Part shown: piece after piece, positions 60,588 through 64,000 of the stretch
Layout of the letters: each line of letters opens with the position of its first letter
Position numbering within the stretch: the first letter of the stretch is position 1
Assembly: GCA_002269645.1 (NCBI GenBank)
Contig: NIVC01003670.1
Coordinates: 19,797 to 83,796, forward strand
Length of the DNA stretch: 64,000 nt
Origin: Macrostomum lignano
Lineage: Eukaryota
Direction of reading: 5' to 3'
Notes under the pieces: model-generated
Databases searched by the model: none
The model's input: the letters and a program-made list of their open reading frames with translations, nothing else
What the model was told of the DNA's origin: nothing
Program-made: the position numbers and the translations under genes

Positions 60588-60943
60588 GGCAGGTACATTT
60601 GAGCTCGGTTTTTTTCGAGAAAATACATTACAGAGATATGAGGTTCTCTTTTTTAGCACAAAAAAACTGTTATTGCCATTAATAGACGGCAGACCCAATG
60701 TTCATCTTTTGATATGTTGTGCCTTTCTTATTGCTCTATTGATCATATAGAGCTATACGAAAGCCGAGGCATATTAAAATAAAAGATGAACATTGGGTCT
60801 GCCTCCTCCTATCAAAGGCAATAGTAATTTGTGTGCTAAAAAAGTAAAAACTATCTCCGTATACGGGGGTGTATAATGTATATACATAATGTATATAATG
60901 TACGCCGTAATGTACAAGTATTCTTTACCTCGAAAAACCTGCC
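60588..60943. mobile_element. Foldback MITE
   Basis: Perfect 23-bp inverted core at 60688-60710 and 60781-60803 within longer imperfect arms. Confidence 0.65.
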
Positions 60944-61257
60944 CCTAAAATTTTCCAAGAAACGTAGTTTCCCGTCCTACTTCTTGAGTAGTCTTTGAGC
61001 TCTCACGACAAGCCCAGAAGCCATCATTGACGCGAAAGTCAGGCTCGCGTTGTTGCTAATGTACATGTCCCTAAACCTTGTATTGTGTGTACATTGTATT
61101 GCTACATCAGATATGTCATATCTATTTCAGATAGCTACCCGCGTCAATCTAAATGTTAATACATATCTCGATAGACTAATCACTGATTCTGTTTAGACAC
61201 GTGCAAAATCTAAGACAAAATAGTTGTCAACAGGGATATAATAAATTAAGCAAGAAG

Positions 61258-61530
61258 CCGCGGGCAGGTAAGCAGCTCAGCGGTAAAACGCGTCTGACTC
61301 GCATCACGACTCCTGAGTTCGATTCCGCCACATTCATTTGGGGCCTGTGTGTACAAAAATTGACTAGGTAGGGTTTGTCGTGTGTACATGGATGAGTGCG
61401 TGCCTGCGCACAGTATTAGCGCGCTTGTGTATGCTCTGGAGTCTGCGGAATGGGCAGATTTGTCTCAGCGCTAATGTTGTGGGACCAATGTCGCCAAAGG
61501 CTTTGCGCTAGCAGGGTGCCTACAGCACTT
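61258..61530 (+). mobile_element. tRNA-derived SINE
   Basis: A box AGCTCAGCGGTAA and B box GAGTTCGATTCC, followed by a non-tRNA body; no acceptor stem. Confidence 0.7.
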
Positions 61531-61665
61531 GAAATTACTGAAGTATTATAATGCACGAAGTTTATTGCTTTCAGCTCGAATAGAAGTTGTTGCAAGTTCG
61601 GCTTTATTAATGAATTAGTATAGAGGGAATGTTAATAGTAGGAATAATAGTTGTGTGTTAATATA

Positions 61666-62533
61666 GATACCTTTTGCGATCTAGTTTGCCAAAACTGCGA
61701 CCTAGTTTGACCATGGCAAGCCAAGAAGAATTTTTATTGAGAATCAATTCGGAAGTGTGACGAAATAAACTGTAACAGTGAACAATAAACAGCGAGTTTA
61801 TAATAGTACATTATTACTATTATTGTGCCATAGACATTTGTGTCCTTGACAAAGTGGGACAAAATTAGCGGGCAATTAATGACATTAACTGCCGCTAATT
61901 TGCATTAGAGTAAGTTTGAAATAGACAATCGGGCCTTAAATGTCATTAACTGCTCGCTAATTTGCATTAAAGTAAGTTTGACTCCTGCAAGCGGGCTTAA
62001 ATGTAGTCTATGGCATTAAAAGGCAAGAATAAGTGCCAGCGGCACAAAGGTCATGGTACAATAATGGTAGACGTAGGCACAAACACAGATTCTGTGGGCA
62101 CAAATGCTCTCAATCATAGCATTGTTAAGGACCTCCGCGAGGCAGAAGCTCTATACGACCGGTTGCGTTGAATTGTCCAACTATGTAAGTCACGGTTCTT
62201 CGTGAGATGCCCAACAGCCTACCGAAATCTTGCCAGTCCTCTCCATCCTGATCATGATAGGCTTGGATCAATCGCTGCCGGTCCTTCGCTGAAATCCTGT
62301 TATAAGGTCCACGCTGGGCAATTCTTTGATCTTGCTATGTATGTCTGTGGTGTTTTCTTTGCTATGGGCAAACTAGGTCGCAGTTTTGGCAAAATTGATT
62401 GCAGTTTTCAGAGTTGTCTAGATCTGTTTGACATACTTGAGCAGACTTGGCATAGACAGCAAAATTATAAGTGATATTTTCCGCGGGAAAAATTGATTGC
62501 AGTTTTGGCAAACTAGATCGCAAAAAGGTATAT
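61666..62533 (-). mobile_element. Tc1/IS630-like internally deleted element
   Basis: TIR TACCTTTTGCGATCTAGTTTGCC..GGCAAACTAGATCGCAAAAAGGTA. Minus-strand relic about 62120-62310 reads RISAKDRQRLIQAY..FGRLLGISRRTVTYIVGQFNATGRIELLPRGG, a Tc1-type HTH. Confidence 0.72.
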
Positions 62534-63182
62534 TTAATAGGGTAATTATAATACATACATGTATACGACGCTCGTAAATGTATAAAAAACAGTCTATTTT
62601 CGTTGGATTGTGATAAAAACGTTGGGTAATAAGTTATTAACAGAAAGTTGTGGCGTCGATAAAAGGGTTTGAATTCTACCAAAGGATTGTAACTATTTTT
62701 AATCGTGCTGTTTGTCGTTTTATCTGCATTCAATTTAGTTGCATGAGGACAGGAAGTAGGGGGCAACTACTTGTTTATATTTACTTGTAACTAATTTTCT
62801 ACACATAGGAAAATTTTAGTTTTGTACTTTAGAGAGATTTCTATACTTGCCAGAGTGCTAGGTCTTTGTTCAGATATTAAAAGTGCAAGCTAATATGTTC
62901 CTTAATTGCGATTGCAGAGATATAATATTCATGGTCATTACGATATACATGTATACTCATTAAAAACTATCAGAGATTATTTAATTAATTAACAAAAAAA
63001 TCGTGTTAAAATTTTTATCGTTTACGTTCCTTTTAACACGAAAATCTTCTTCATTATCTATGTATATGGCTTTATTTGCCCGCTAAATTTGCCTGGATGT
63101 TTTCCCTTCAAATATGTGGCAACTTGATGAAAAAAATTGTCTACGGTTATAACCCCACAGCCCCAAAGAACGCTCTTCCCAA

Positions 63183-63468
63183 GGAGTTCTATAATTAGCA
63201 ACCTGGAGTGGAAACGAGTTTTACCTCATGAGAGGCCACGCAAATTGTTAAGATAAGGAGCCAGCACTGAATTTCTATGGCTCTGTCGGACTCTGTCCAT
63301 GCTAGTCTGGCCTCATGGGGTAAAAGTGAAAAACTCTTAGAACTCCTTGCATAGACAGAGTCAGACAGAGCCATAGACATTCAGTGCTAGCTGGCTCCTT
63401 ATTCTTTACAATTGGGGCCTCGTGAGGTAAAACTCGTTTCCGTGCCAGATTGCTAATTTTAGAACTCC
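63183..63468. mobile_element. Foldback MITE
   Basis: Inverted arms GGAGTTCTA..AATTAGCAA..GGAAACGAGTTTTACCTC and an inner CTATGGCTCTGTC..GACAGAGCCATAG. Confidence 0.7.
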
Positions 63469-63751
63469 ATGGCTCTGCCCTCCGCACCCCCACTAGCAGC
63501 GGGAATTATATCTATGGTAAAAGCCTACTAACAATACAAATATTTCAGTCCTCCTAGTATACAGAAATGGGAGGGCACCGTTAGAGGGCGGCGTTAAGTG
63601 CCCTCGCGGAACCTCGCATTTCTGCCCAAAAAGCTATCTGGTAACATATACATGTATGTACTATATTCATTGAACCTTTCTCTTTCCCGATCTCATTGTA
63701 CACTGTTTGACTGCTGTGCACAATGACGAGCTATAAGTGTCTTCTTATTCA

Positions 63752-64000
63752 TTACACGCTGAACTTCACCCAGTCGGCGCTCGTCTCGATCTCCTCCTCC
63801 ACCTGAGCGTCGGTGAACAGCAGCAGACGGCAGGTTTTCAGCTTGCTGTTGTACAGCACGTGTCTGCAGTTGCCAGCACGATGCCGGCCGCCACGCAGTG
63901 CATTGAGTTCTTCACCTGCATCAGGTCAGTGTGGCAGTAACTCGTGCTGGGGAGTAGCTGGTGCGCTTGAACGAGTTCGCTTCCACGGGCTTCGGCGAGA
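63752..64000 (-). pseudogene. 3' end of a paralog of the 2168-2923 lectin, frameshifted and truncated by the window edge
   Basis: High nucleotide identity to 2171-2430 (..CRHVLYNSKLKTCRLLLFTDAQVEEEIETSADWVKFSV*), with several single-base indels. Confidence 0.7.

Noticed and set aside
61258-61340. tRNA gene
   Set aside because: A and B boxes are present but there is no acceptor stem or clean cloverleaf, and it continues into a SINE-like body.

Overview
AT-rich, repeat-dense animal genomic DNA with GC-richer exons and spliceosomal GT-AG introns. The minisatellite-laden style resembles a free-living flatworm such as Macrostomum, but this is inference only. Host genes: an intronless secreted C-type lectin (2168-2923, -) with a frameshifted paralog at the far end (63752-64000, -); a 14-exon xanthine dehydrogenase/aldehyde oxidase-family molybdoflavoenzyme of about 1297 aa (6042-20962, -); SFT2 (25510-27721, -); PAICS (48137-54495, +); and a HOOK-like coiled-coil protein with a 16-aa Cys repeat (56245-59927, +). 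The most notable signal is in PAICS intron 2: a sense-strand array of 13 snoRNA-like genes. Eight copies are a box C/D RNA whose two guides match the 18S rRNA sites equivalent to human Gm436 and Am468, and five copies are an H/ACA-shaped RNA. The C/D copies have co-varying flanking stems and complementary guide decay, and one is disrupted by a transposon. Also present: a four-level nest of DNA transposons around an intact MULE transposase, a full-length EnSpm/CMC element, a Gypsy integrase plus 3' LTR remnant, many MITEs and tRNA-derived SINEs, and a different minisatellite in most large introns. Exon boundaries were deduced by eye from GT/AG signals and frame continuity, and homologies come from remembered family motifs, not from searches.
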